Assembly (NCBI RefSeq): GCF_032191835.1
Contig: NC_083224.1
Coordinates: 189,348,001-189,412,000 of the forward strand
Direction: 5' to 3'
Length of the DNA: 64,000 nucleotides
Source of the DNA: Heteronotia binoei
Taxonomy: Eukaryota
Shown: positions 1 to 11,308 of the stretch, one piece after another
Numbering within the stretch: the stretch's first letter is position 1
Layout: each line of letters begins with the position of its first letter
Program-made: the position numbers and the translations under genes
Notes under the pieces: generated by a model
Databases searched by the model: none
What the model was told of the DNA's origin: nothing
The model's input: only the letters and a program-made list of their open reading frames with translations

Positions 1-2143
1 ACAACTGCCCTTTGCAGCAACCCAGCAAATGAAGTACAGGATACCACCAAGTTGCTGAGACGGCAGCCTGTGCCCACAGAAGGCCTTTCTAAGCACCATC
101 CAATTAAGCTAGTCTACTGGTAAAGTCTTCTGTTTGAACAACCTCCTGCTTGGTGGCCTTGTCCATCCATCAAAGAAAAGACTAGAGAATCAGATTAAAC
201 CCAGAACAGCTCAATAGGATTCCAGTAGAGACCAACATTTTCAGAGCATGTGCTGCCCAGTCAAAGCTTGCATCCAGCAAAGGGAGCTTTCAATCTCCCA
301 ACACTTACACCTTGGGTACCTTGTTGGCCTCCAAGGACTTGACTCTAGCTGTTCTACTGCAGACCAACACTAAAAGAACTAAACCAAGGTAACCCAAAGA
401 CTGACAAATGCTGCTTGGCTTGCAGGACCGGCTTCCATCTGAGTAGCAAATAGAAATTCATGGCACCCTTCCACAATTCCTGATCTGGAACATAAGCCGA
501 CAAATCATAGAGTTGGAAGGGACTTCCCAGGTTGCCTAGTCCAACCCCCGGCACAATGCAGGAAATTCACAAATACCTCCCCCCACCCCACCCCCTCCAG
601 TCACCCATGCTCCTTGCCCAGAAGATGGCCAAAAACCACCACCACTCTCCAGGATCCCTGGCCAAACTGGCCTCGAGAAGATTGCTTCCTGACTCATGAC
701 TGGCATTTTCCTGGGCGTGTAAGAAGGGGCCATGAGAACTAAGCACTGATGCAATCCTTCCCGCCCTCCATCTCATGATCTGCCTAGTTCACAGGATCAA
801 TTATAGTTTAGAACAGGGTTGGCTAAACTTGCTTAATATAAGAATCACCTAGAGTAATCATCAGATGTCTGAGAGCTACAAGACATTAACATCAGATGTT
901 TGAGAACTGCAAGCAAGAAAGGAAGGAAATAGATGGAGAGGTGGAAAGAAAGCAACTTGAAATCATTTCCCAAGCTGGAATCAACAGTCAACTGACCTTC
1001 ACTAGTAATGCGTGACCATATTGGCAACCACAAATATACTCTACCACAGGGCTCCCCAACATGGCACCTTTGGTCACCACAGATATCACCAGTACATTCC
1101 CTCACACCCCTTCAGAAAGTGGGTGGGGCCATTGTAAGGCAGGGTGCCCTTATTCATATGAAATAGGCTTTCTGCTGGAGGATTAGGACTGGTAAGCTCC
1201 TGGGCTTTCCTTAGTCAGTGTGTGGCTCCATTCCCCCTCCCCGCTTCAGGCTTTCCTTCCTTCCAGGAGGTGTGAGGTATTCAGTTTGGCTCCATCTTCT
1301 ACACACCGTTTTGAGGTGGCATTCACCACCACCACCACCCATCAAAATTCCAAAGGTGCCTGCAAAGGTTGGGGATCCCCACTCCACCAGTGCACAGCCC
1401 TGTCATTTCAAGTGCCATTTGCAGGGTGGGGGTGGGGGGGGGCTTTTGAACTTTGCTTGCCATCCTGGGTGGAGAGGCTGCTGTGCGAGGCAGTAAACAG
1501 CCACCAGGTCTGGAACCCTGCTTGCCAGACATTTGATTTTATGCAACAAGCAGAAATGTTTTTGCTGTGCTAGACCTCTGGTTGACATTTCAGTTACTGG
1601 CTGCTTTTCTTCAGGCTTAACGATTCTAAGTGTTTCACTGACAGGTGTGGCATTTAAATATGATGCTGCCACGCACCGTTTATGTATAACTACTTCTGAG
1701 TTCCTGAATGCATTTTGCAGAAGCCTCTTTGGGAGCCTTCTGGCTGCAGAATACACTTCCTACAACATGCTTTCCGTCTGCAGAGAACTGATTCTATCTG
1801 AACTGACGCATCTTCAGCAGCTCTCCAGAACGCTGCCAAAGACTGAGGCGTGTTACAGGTCAGTGACTCTCCTAATGGGTCTCAGGCAAACTTGAAACAC
1901 TTGGAAGCTTTTCCGAGGCTGTTCATTAAGAAGGTCAAGCGCTGGAGACAGACTGCCCTGCAAGACAGATTGCCTGGTGCAAACTTCCCCCAAGACTTCG
2001 CCACCGGTGCCTGTTAACGCACAGAGAACAAGACAGCAGTGGGGCAAGACAGCAGGCCCTGGCGAAGCAAAATCAAAGCCCCACATGGACAAACACAACC
2101 TTGAAAGCCTCCAGAAGTACTCCGGCCTGGATAGCCCAAGCAA

Positions 2144-2620
2144 GCCTGGTCTTATCAGATCTCAGAAGCTAAGCAGGGCTGACTCTGGCAAGGAGAGCCA
2201 GTTTGGTGTAGTGGTTAAGTGTGCGGACTCTTATCTGGGAGAACCGGGTTTGATTCCCTGCTCCTCCACTTGCACCTGCTGGGATGGCCTTGGGTCAGCC
2301 ATAGCTCTGGCAGAGGTTGTCTTTGAAAGGGCAGCTGCTGTGAGAGCCCTCTCCAGCCCCACCCACCTCACAGGGTGTCTGTTGTGGGGGAGGAAGGAAA
2401 AGGAGATTGTGAGCCGCTCTGAGACTCTTCGGAGTGGAGGGCGGGATATAGATCCAATATCTTCATCTACCTCACAGAGTGTCTGTTGTGGGGGAAGGAG
2501 ATAAAGGAGATTGTGAGCCGCTCTGAGACTCTTCAGAGTGGAGGGCGGGATATAAATCCAATATCATTATCAATATCATTATCAAGTACTTGGATGGGAG
2601 ACCTCCTTGGAACACCAGGA
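2144..2620 (+). mobile_element. 5S rRNA-derived SINE (5S-Sauria-like), split by the SINE above
   Basis: GATCTCAGAAGCTAAGCAGGG (left) and AGTACTTGGATGGGAGACC (right) are 5S rRNA internal sequence. Further diverged copies at ~9923-10030, ~10075-10185, ~16525-16625 and ~44505-44600 (minus). Confidence 0.7.
2193..2582 (+). mobile_element. tRNA-derived SINE (Squam3-like) with duplicated 3' unit, inserted in a 5S-derived repeat
   Basis: Head TGTAGTGGTTAAG / GGGTTTGATTCCC (Pol III A/B boxes); the body recurs about 10 times in the window; 3' unit repeated at ~103-nt period. Confidence 0.85.
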
Positions 2621-2835
2621 GGCAGAGGCAGTAGGGGTCAGTCGTCACTAGAGGTTACCATGACTTCCAGATGCCAGACACAACGCACACACGTGCAGAC
2701 GCTCTCTCACACATCCAAAAACAAAAAAAGGAAGTCAATGCGAGTGAATAAATGAGCCCAGCCACCCGTTCAGACGTGATCTCATTGCTCATGGGCAGTG
2801 CTTGGTGTCCAGATGCAGCTTCATTTCAAAGTCCT

Positions 2836-2841
2836 TTTATT
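2836..2841 (-). terminator. Candidate distal polyadenylation signal (AATAAA) of CDC34
   Basis: TTTATT on the + strand about 880 nt beyond the stop; a proximal AATAAA also lies at 3644-3649. Confidence 0.55.
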
Positions 2842-3721
2842 AAATAGCTTCAAACAAAGAGGGAGGGGGGGGGGAATAAGACCTCAAAAGGAAGAACCTC
2901 CACCCTGTGTTGACAAAAAAAAAAAGCTCCCCCCCATCATTGTGTGCCCATGAACTCCCACCTCTTTCCAACAGCGCCTCTGGTTTCCTAATATATGCTA
3001 GTTCCAAATGCCCAAAAAAGTTGCAAATGACGCCTCTGCCCAGGCAGCTAGAGGAGTTTAGACCACCTAGAACTAGGCAGCAGTACACAAAGGCCCTCCA
3101 GTGGCTAAACGTGGCACTGCAATTTCAGTAGGGCTCCGATGAAAATCGCTTCAATGCTTTAAAGAAAAAAAAAACAGGCTAGTTAAAACTACAGCCAATG
3201 TGCTCAACCACCTACTCTGCCCACCCTGCTTTCCTAAGCAGCCCTTGCTACGAATTCCCCCAAAGTAACGCGGCATTTGAAAAAAACCAGCACGCGCGCC
3301 CACAGAGAGACACTGCGCCGCTCGCAGGGCTGGGTGTCCTTTGCGTTCCCCTTCATGCCAGTAGAAGCACCGGCTTGATTTCCAGCAACCGGGGATGGGC
3401 CTGTCAGAACGGCTGCCCTCCCTTTCCCGCACTCTCAGCTGGAGAGAACGTGGAACTGCAGACCCTGCAAGGGCTGCCCGAAGCCAAGGTGTCCTACAGC
3501 ACAGTGCCCCCTCCCCCCACAAGCAGAAGCCGAGTCTCCCTTTTTTTTTGAGGTAGAGAGTTTTGTCTCAGGGCTAAACAGGGTTCCGGGTCTCAGCTGC
3601 TTGTCGCCTCCTGGGTTCAAGTACAAAAAAAAGTCAAGATAAGTTTATTGCTCCCCTCAGGAGGCAGCGGTGCAAAAGGGAGGGGGAGAAGAGGGGGGAG
3701 GGGCCGGGGAGGCATCCCTCA

Positions 3722-3932
3722 TCAAGATTCCTCGTTGCCAGAGTCGTCCTCATCGCCGTAGCAACTGTCAACTTCATCGTCCATCTCATCGTCCTCATAA
3801 TAGTCATCGTAGAAGAGGTCGGAGCCTTCATCTGGCGCAGGGGTCTTTGTTTTCACGCAATACTCTGCCAGCGTGGTGGGAACCTTGACTCCGTCGCGTT
3901 CAGCATCCACCTTGGTTCCAAGGACTTGCTTC
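3722..3932 (-). CDS. CDC34: CDC34 coding exon 5 (acidic tail, stop)
   Basis: CAG acceptor; KQVLGTKVDAERDGVKVPTTLAEYCVKTKTPAPDEGSDLFYDDYYEDDEMDDEVDSCYGDEDDSGNEES then TGA. The five exons sum to 708 nt = 235 aa + stop. Confidence 0.97.
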
Positions 3933-3969
3933 CTGGAAAGTGGGTGGGGAACGTGGGAGGGAACATGAT

Positions 3970-4307
3970 ACGTGAAATTAGGGGGAGGCGTTTGTGAGTT
4001 TCCTGCACTGCGCAGGGGGGTTGGACTAGATGACCCTGGAGATCCCTTCCAACTCTAGTATTCTATGATTCCATGACAGGAATGAAGATCCTGTGAATTC
4101 AGGGGGAGTTGTTTGTGAGTTTCCTGCATTGTGCAGGGGGTTGGACTAGATGACCCTGGAGGTCCCTTCCAACTCTAGTATTCTATGATTCTATGACAGC
4201 AACGAAGATCCTGTGAATTCAGGGGGAGGCGTTTGTGAGTTTCCTGCATTGTGCAGGGGGTTGGACTAGATGACCCTGGAGGTCCCTTCCGACTCTATGA
4301 TTCTATG
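3970..4307 (+). repeat. Three tandem copies (120-nt period) of a CR1 LINE 3' end
   Basis: TTGGACTAGATGACCCTGGAG at 4021, 4141 and 4261; each unit ends in ATTCTATG-type CR1 tail motifs. Confidence 0.85.
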
Positions 4308-5079
4308 TTGATAAAAGAAGACTGTTGATTAAAATTGCTTTGCCCCATCTTCTCCCAAAACCGAGCCATTTGTGAATGTGCACGACATAGTCGTGAAATC
4401 AGTACCTGCAACCCTAAGGTATAACAGAAAGCCTAAAGAGTCTTAAAGTCAACACGCCCCCCCTCCCTCCATCAGCCACCAATAAGGCTCTCTGGAGCAG
4501 GCTGTTTATATACAGACAGAGGCGGTTGGTGCCCTCTCTGCACAGACACTTCTCCAGTGCTGGCCTCCTAACCCAAACCTCCTGCCTTGTCTGAGCTGAA
4601 GAGGAGCAGAGCTGTCTGCAGTTGGCAGCAGCCACCAGAGGGAGGTTCTTCGCATGGGGGAGGAGATCCAGGTGGGCGGCCGTGTTGGTCTGAAGCGACG
4701 GAACAAAGTTTGAGTCCGGAAGCACCTTGAAGACCGACAAAGTTCTATTCTTGGTGTAAGCTTTCCTGTTTTAAAGGCAGAGTCACTGAACTCAACCTTT
4801 GTGCTTATGGGGGAATGTTATGGGACCTACGGTCTGCTCGAGGCAAGAATTTAGCCGCTGCACCAGAGAGGGAGGTGCCGTTTGCTTTCTTGCCGCGCTT
4901 TGAACATTTGAATCTCTGCCGGAAGAAGCATCAAAACAAAATGCAACTGCAAAACGTCAGCTTTTCTTACGAGCTGAAACCACAGGCAATTAATGTCCTC
5001 CTCCCTTCCCCAGGCTGCTTCAGGTAAGGAAAAAAGCAGAAAAGGAGATGGGTGAAGCGTCCCCTGCCCATGCCAGGGT

Positions 5080-5480
5080 CTCAATCCAAACGGGGGCCCC
5101 TGAGTAATGCACTTCTAGCAGATGTTGTCTGACTGCGTGACTGAGAAGAGGGTCGGGGGGAGCTAGCGTCATACAACGGGACCTTAGCCAATTCCGTAGG
5201 GCGTGTAAAACCGCCCTCTTCCGGCTAGCCTTTCAAGATGGAGCTTGAAATAAACATCACGCCATCACTAATATTAATAACTGAGATAGCAGCGAGTAGA
5301 GATTATTTTAGACTGTTTTTAGATTGTTTTAGATTATGTAAAAACTTAATGGTAAATTGTAAATTTTATTGAATTGTATAACTGTTTTATTGTTCAATAT
5401 GGCGTTTGCCATACCTGTAAGCCGCCCTGAGCCTGCCTCGGCGGGGAGGGCGGGGTATAAATAATTTTTTTTTAATTATT
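5080..5480 (+). mobile_element. L2-type LINE 3' fragment
   Basis: Degenerate coding for RDLSQFRRACKTALFRLAF, then an AT-rich UTR and TGTAAGCCGCCCTGAG...GGGCGGGGTATAAAT end. Confidence 0.65.
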
Positions 5481-6178
5481 ATTATTAACGTCTAGTTTGG
5501 TCCTCAATAATAGGCATTACTCACAAGCCTCAGGCTCAAATGAATCTACGCCAGCCCAGTAGCCAACAACTTTTCTGCCACTGTGAGGGGCCATGGCTCA
5601 GTAGTTGAGCATCGGCTTGGCATGCAGAAGGTCCCAGGTTCAATCCTTGACCTCTCCAGTTAGAAGGACCAGGTGATGGGAAAGACCTTTTTCTGCATGA
5701 GACCTTGGAGAGCCGCTGCCTGTCTGAGTAGACAAGACTGACTTTGATGGACCCACGTGCTCTGATTCAGTAGAAGGAAAGTTCATGTGTTCACTTCCAG
5801 TTAACAGTTGCTTTTTGTCTGGTTCCCCAGACGCAGATGACCAAATATGGAGGCACAGTTATTTGTGTGAGATTTTTATTTTTTGGCTCCTACTCCTAGG
5901 AAGTCAGGCCATCGTCCAAGCGTCTCCCTTCCACCATTTCCCTTCACAGTAACCCTTTTGAGGTGGCTTAGGCTAAGTGTGATTAGCTCACAGTCAACAA
6001 ATGAGCTTCATAACAAAGTGAGAATTAGAACTCAGATCCTACCTAGTATTAACCACTATACACTACCACTCTACCCGGAACAGGGCTTCCTCCATTATCG
6101 GTGAGGCCTCATAGCAGAGTACAGGTTAAACTCAAGGGGGATGGCAAAACAGGATACAAGAGAAGTCTTCCCACCCAC

Positions 6179-6313
6179 CTGATGATATCGGTATATTCCT
6201 GATCCCTCCCTTTGCTCTCCTTCCATTTCCTGTACATCACAGAAGCGTCAACGTTGGCCGGAGAGAAGGTGTTTGGTTCATTGAGCAGCGAGATCACGCT
6301 AAGGAGGATCGTC
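6179..6313 (-). CDS. CDC34: CDC34 coding exon 4
   Basis: TAG acceptor; [44 protein letters not shown](R) (135 nt, phase 2-2); donor GTGGGT. Confidence 0.96.
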
Positions 6314-7461
6314 CTAGTATGGGAGGGGGAGGGAAAGAGTTTAGAGGTAACTGACGGGAAACCCATGCATAAAGGCTATAGCCAAACTTAACAGGTAAAG
6401 CAGCAATCAGAATTATGGGGCTTCCTACCAACTGAAGACCTCATTGGCTGCATATATATTCTGTGCTGAACTAGAAAGTACTGAAAGGGAAATCTGCTGA
6501 TTTCACAGCCTCACTCCAAAGACCAGATGCTGAAAGCATCTCTTCCAGGCTATGCTCTGTAAGTGTCCTAGGAGACACAGCCTGCTCCAGTAAAGGAGCT
6601 CTTCCCTCCTTCCATCTTCTACGCAGAGAAAGTCCATGTTCTGAAAATGGTCCATAATCGTAACTGCCTGGAACCTCCATCCAACCTGCCCTGCCGCCCA
6701 TTGCCCCCGAGATCACAGGTGCCTGTGGCCTGACCCTCCACCATTCCCCTTCCCATATTTCTGGCAGGTGGCGGGATATCTGGCAAGTATACCTTTGTTG
6801 CAAATGATAACATCCATTGTCTGGTGGTAAAGGATTTCAAAAACTCTTCCAGTGCTGTGGGTCACTACCCACCCCCAAGCCCCTTGGGACGCCATTTAAC
6901 AGACCAGGTTTTAATGCTTATGCTTTGTTTCAAATGTCTGCACTGCCCCACTGCGCTAGATATCCCATGCCATTGACAGTGTTCGATTAACCCTTTGTAA
7001 TTCCAGTCTGTCTCAGAAAGCAAACTACGGAAGTGGAAGCAGCCATTATTTTGAAGGAGAATCGTACACACACCCCCAGACACACATCCAGGCAGTCTCT
7101 ATTCTTTCCGATTGTTTGGAATCAGACATCAGTGGATGTGGAAGATACAAAAAGCCCGATCCTCTGGGAACAACAATGGAAATGTAATGGCCACGGGCTA
7201 AAAAAGGCCACAAGGAGTCAGTTCTTGTGGTGGATTCTGAGGTGGCAAGTTACCAACTCAACACGGCAAATGCACACCCTATCCTCTTCGAAACACACCA
7301 TGCGAAAACAGCTCACAAGGGCTGGTGGAGCCAAGGGGCAGGCAAACCCCCTCCTTTCCGGAATGAACAGCAAAGGAGGATTTGATGATCATCTTCCTTT
7401 TCACACAACAAATGTGAAAAACTGCTTCGAGTTCCCGATCGGGGAGAAAAGTGGGATATAA

Positions 7462-8043
7462 ATAAGAACATAAGAGAAGCCATGTTGGATCAGGCCAACG
7501 GCCCATCCAGTCCAACACTCTGTGTCACACAGTGGCAAAAAATTTTATATATACACCACACTGTGGCTAATAGCCACTGATGGACCTGTGCTCCATATTT
7601 TTATCTAAACCCCTCTTGAAGGTGGCTATACTTGTGGCCGCCACCACCTCCTGTGGCAGTGAATTCCACATGTTAATCATCCTTTGGGTGAAGAAGTACT
7701 TCCTTCTATCCGTTTTAACCTGTCTGCTCAGCAATTTCATCGAATGCCCACGAGTTCTTGTATTGTGAGAAAAGGAGAAAAGTACTTCTTTCTCTACTTT
7801 CTCCATCCCATGCATTATCTTGTAAACCTCTATCATGTCACCCCGCAGTCGACGTTTCTCCAAGCTGAAGAGCCCCAAGCGTTTCAACCTTTCTTCATAG
7901 GGAAAGTGCTCCAGCCCTTTAATCATTCTAGTTGCCCTTCTCTGGACTTTCTCCAATGCTATAATATCCTTTTTGAGGTGCGGCGAGCAGAACTGCACAC
8001 AGTACTCCAAATGAGACCGCACCATTGATTTATACAGCGACAT
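7462..8043 (-). mobile_element. CR1 LINE (family A), 5'-truncated, RT C-terminal fragment
   Basis: ORF 7567-8043 (LYKSMVRSHLEYCVQF...NMWNSLPQEVV) is CR1 ORF2-like; followed by 3' UTR and TTCTTATG tail. Confidence 0.92.
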
Positions 8044-8263
8044 TTAAAAATGAGATGAAAGGCCTCCTGGCCGCTCCACGGGAGTGAGAGTCAAAGGACA
8101 GGCCTGCCAGAGCCACTGCGGAGGTCAGGGAAGAAGGCATCAGAGAAGCTTTTGCCACCTGCAGGGAACAGAGACGGTCCCCTGCAGGCCCTTCAGACCT
8201 CTGCCTGTCAGCAACGGGTTCGAGGAAACAGGGTTTTGCCATCCTCGGGGCAAGAAGTCTCAC

Positions 8264-8361
8264 CTCACGTTCTGAGTAGGATTCCACCTTTCCGAAGGCA
8301 GCTCCCCACTTTGCGGGTCGTCCACTGGCGGGTGAAGGATGGAGATGCAAACATCTCCCGT
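8264..8361 (-). CDS. CDC34: CDC34 coding exon 3 (catalytic Cys and acidic loop)
   Basis: CAG acceptor; [32 protein letters not shown](R) (98 nt); donor GTGAGA. Confidence 0.97.
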
Positions 8362-8547
8362 CTGGGGTCGGGAGGGGAGAGAGAATGCAAGAGAAAGACA
8401 GATTACAAATATGGCAAAGCCCTCTGGTCTACTGACAGGTGCACACCCTTCAGGACCCATAAGAAGATAATGGTAACCTCTCACAAAACAAGCCTCCAAG
8501 AAGGGCTCTTTCCCCCTTCGGACGCGAAGTATCTTCACATATGAAGT

Positions 8548-8833
8548 GAAGAAGAAGATGATGAAGATATTGGATTTATATCCCGCCCTCCACTCCAAAG
8601 AGTCTCAGAGCGGCTCACAATCTCCTTTCCCTTCCTCCCCCACAACAGACACCCTGTGAGGTGGGTGGGGCTGGAGAGGGCTCTCACAGCAGCTGCCCTT
8701 TCAAGGACAACTCTGTGAGAGCTCTGGCTAACCCAAGGCCATTCCAGCAGGTGCAAGTGGAGGAGTGGGGAATCAAACCCGGTTCTCCCAGATAAGAGTC
8801 CGCACACTTAACCACTACACCAAACTGGCTCTC
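8548..8833 (-). mobile_element. tRNA-derived SINE (Squam3-like)
   Basis: Full-length copy with (TTC)n tail. Other copies at 9644-9922 (+), 10920-11194 (-), 12903-13290 (-), 16963-17352 (-), 29786-30045 (+) and 63207-63480 (+). Confidence 0.85.
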
Positions 8834-10737
8834 CTGAGCAGTGACTCATGAAAGCTCATCTTCTGCCACATTTTTTTTTTAGTCCTGAAGGTGCTACTGC
8901 GCTCTCGCTCTTTTCTAAACATATATTCTTTTCCGCAAAGTACCAACCGTGCACGGTGGTTTCAAAAGTAAAGCGTGCAAGCAAGGCCAGTCTCTGCCCT
9001 GAAGGAGTTTTGATAGCAGGGAAGGCAAAATAAGGAACCTTGAAACAAGTGCCAAACCAAGGGTGAATGGGAGGAAGGACAGTCAGGCCTGGCTGGAGCC
9101 TCGTGGCGGGTGAAGACGAAGGAGGGATTCAGGCCGACAGCTTCACAGAAAAGGAGGGGGAAGTTAAAAGGGGGATGCACAGGGCATGAGAGCAAGCAAA
9201 AGCACAAAGCTTTTCAGGAACAAGGGGCAGCAAAGGGAAACGGGCTGAGTATTTTAACTACTCTGACAACGATTAATGTGAACATGGATGAATTCTGGCT
9301 CATGCCAATCCCTGGCACGATCAGGGTTAGTGGTGTGAATAAAACCAAGGCCTTAAACTAATTTAGCCATTTTTTTTTAAAAAAAAAATCCAAGCTAAGC
9401 ATCTCACTTTAAAGATCACGCAGTTACAGCTAAATCTGAAGACAGGCACATTAAAAATTCTCTTTAAAAGGAAATCGGTGGCTGGCTCTCTTTAATACCT
9501 CGAGTTCCAGTCTACTTTTCTCTATAAATGAAGCATCAACTTGCTCAGTTCAGTTTGGTGATGGAAAGTTCTGACAAGTCACAACTGATTTCAAGGCAAG
9601 AGATGTTTGGAGGTGGCTTATCATTGCCTGCCCCCCTCTCATAAGAGCTAGTTTGGTGTAGTGGTTAAGTGTGCGGACTCTTATCTGGGAGAACCGGGTT
9701 TGATTCCCCACTCCTCCACTTGCACCTGCTGGAATGGCCTTGGGTCAGCCATAGCTCTGGCAGAGGTTGTCCTTGAAAGGGCAGCTGCTGTGAGAGCCCT
9801 CTCCAGCCCCACCCACCTCACAGGGTGTCTGTCGTGGGGGAGGAAGGTAAAGGAGATTGTGAGCTGCTCTGAGACTCTTCGGAGAGGAGGGCGGGATATA
9901 AATCCAATATCATCTTCTTCTTAACCCTGGTATTCCTTGGAGGTCTCCTATCTAAATGCTAACTAGGGCCAATCCTGCCAGATTCCAAAATCTGATGAGG
10001 TAGGGCTAGTCTGGGCCATCCAGGTCAAGGAAAGAGATGAACAGAGGTGGCTTGCCATTGCTTGCCTCAGCACAGTGACCCTGGACTTCCTTGATGGTTG
10101 CCTATCCAAGTGCTACCCAGGGCTGATCCTGCGTAGCTTGAGATATGATGAGGCTGGGCTAGTCTGGGCCATCCAGGTCAGAGCTGAGTTCAATTTACCC
10201 ACCCTCTACCTCCCAGTCCAGCACAGCCACTTTCTTTTCCATCTCAGGACAATACATCCAGTTGCTCGGCGTCAGCTACCTCATTAGGATAAGATGAAGG
10301 AGGGAGATGAACTACCAATCCCACCCTCGTCTCCTTGGAGGGAGGGCTAGACAAAAATATATGGAATAAACAACAGTGCAGGCATCAAAGTGAGGGTATA
10401 AAACAGGGGGAGAGAAATCGGGGGGAATCACTGCTCTCTCTTGCAAGGAGGGCCTTGAATTCCCGGAAACTGCATATTTGGGTACGAGCTGATAGGTACT
10501 ATTTTGAAGGCAATTCTCTTCTAGTTATGTAATATATATAAGAAGCAAAATTACACAATTAATCAGGTATTACATGCTCTTTTCTAAAATTAGGAACAAT
10601 CTAAAAATTATGCCACATATACCTGCCTTAGTGGGATAAATGCCCTGCTTAGCCAGGCATTATAATGCTTTAATAATCATATGAGCACAATGGGAAAGCC
10701 CCTTCCCTTGGTGATTTCCATGGACCCACCTGGCCAC

Positions 10738-11209
10738 CAGTGTTCCCTCTAAGCTGAGTTAGTGTGAGCTAGCTCACAGCTTTTTAGCCTCCAGCTCACA
10801 CATTTTTGTCTCAGCTCAGGAAAGATGGCCCAGAGCAAACAAATTTATGCAGTAGCTCACAACTTAAATGCCAGTAGCTCATGAAGAAGAATTTTTGCTC
10901 ACAAGTCTCTACAGCTTAAGAAGAAGATATTGGATTTATATCCCGCCCTCCACGCCGAAGAGTCTCAGAGCGGCTCACAATCTCCTTTACCTTCCTCCCC
11001 CACAACAGACACCCTGTGAGGTGGGTGGGGCTGGAGAGGGCTCTCACGGCAGCTGCCCTTTCAAGGACAACCTCTGCCAGAGCTATGGCTGACCCAAGGC
11101 CATTCCAGCAGGTGCAAGTGGAGGAGTGGGGAATCAAACCCGGTTCTCCCAGATAAGAGTCCGCACACTTAACCACTACACCAAACTGGCTCTCTTAGAG
11201 GGCGTATTG
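10738..11209 (+). mobile_element. hAT-like MITE (TIR CAGTGTTCCCTCTAAG) with a SINE inserted in its right TIR
   Basis: Left TIR at 10738; degenerate right TIR TTAGAGGGCGTATTG at 11195-11209; an inverted-orientation relative lies at ~12690-13308. Confidence 0.65.
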
Positions 11210-11221
11210 CCGGCCACATAC

Positions 11222-11308
11222 CTCATATATGTTAGGGTGCCACATCTTGGTCAGGAATCTGAAGGCAGGTGGTGAATAAGGATAGTCAATGGGGAACCTG
11301 AGACGAGC
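11222..11308 (-). CDS. CDC34: CDC34 coding exon 2
   Basis: Pyrimidine tract + CAG acceptor; ARLRFPIDYPYSPPAFRFLTKMWHPNIYE (87 nt, phase 0-0); donor GTATGT. Confidence 0.97.

Noticed and set aside
1-390. Plus-strand exon at window start (…KHHPIKLVYW) joined to 363-388
   Set aside because: The junction TG|A creates a stop; no granzyme M or other recognisable sequence found on either strand.
2144-2620. 5S rRNA gene
   Set aside because: Partial, diverged, interrupted by a SINE and dispersed in several degenerate copies; it is a 5S-derived retroposon.
9661-9924. Recurrent small ORF family MVKCADSYLGEPGLIPHSS... (also 10916-11176, 17089-17370, 62749-63075) and related GGSVVEHLLGKQK... ORFs
   Set aside because: Chance open frames in SINE consensus sequences, mostly with non-ATG starts.
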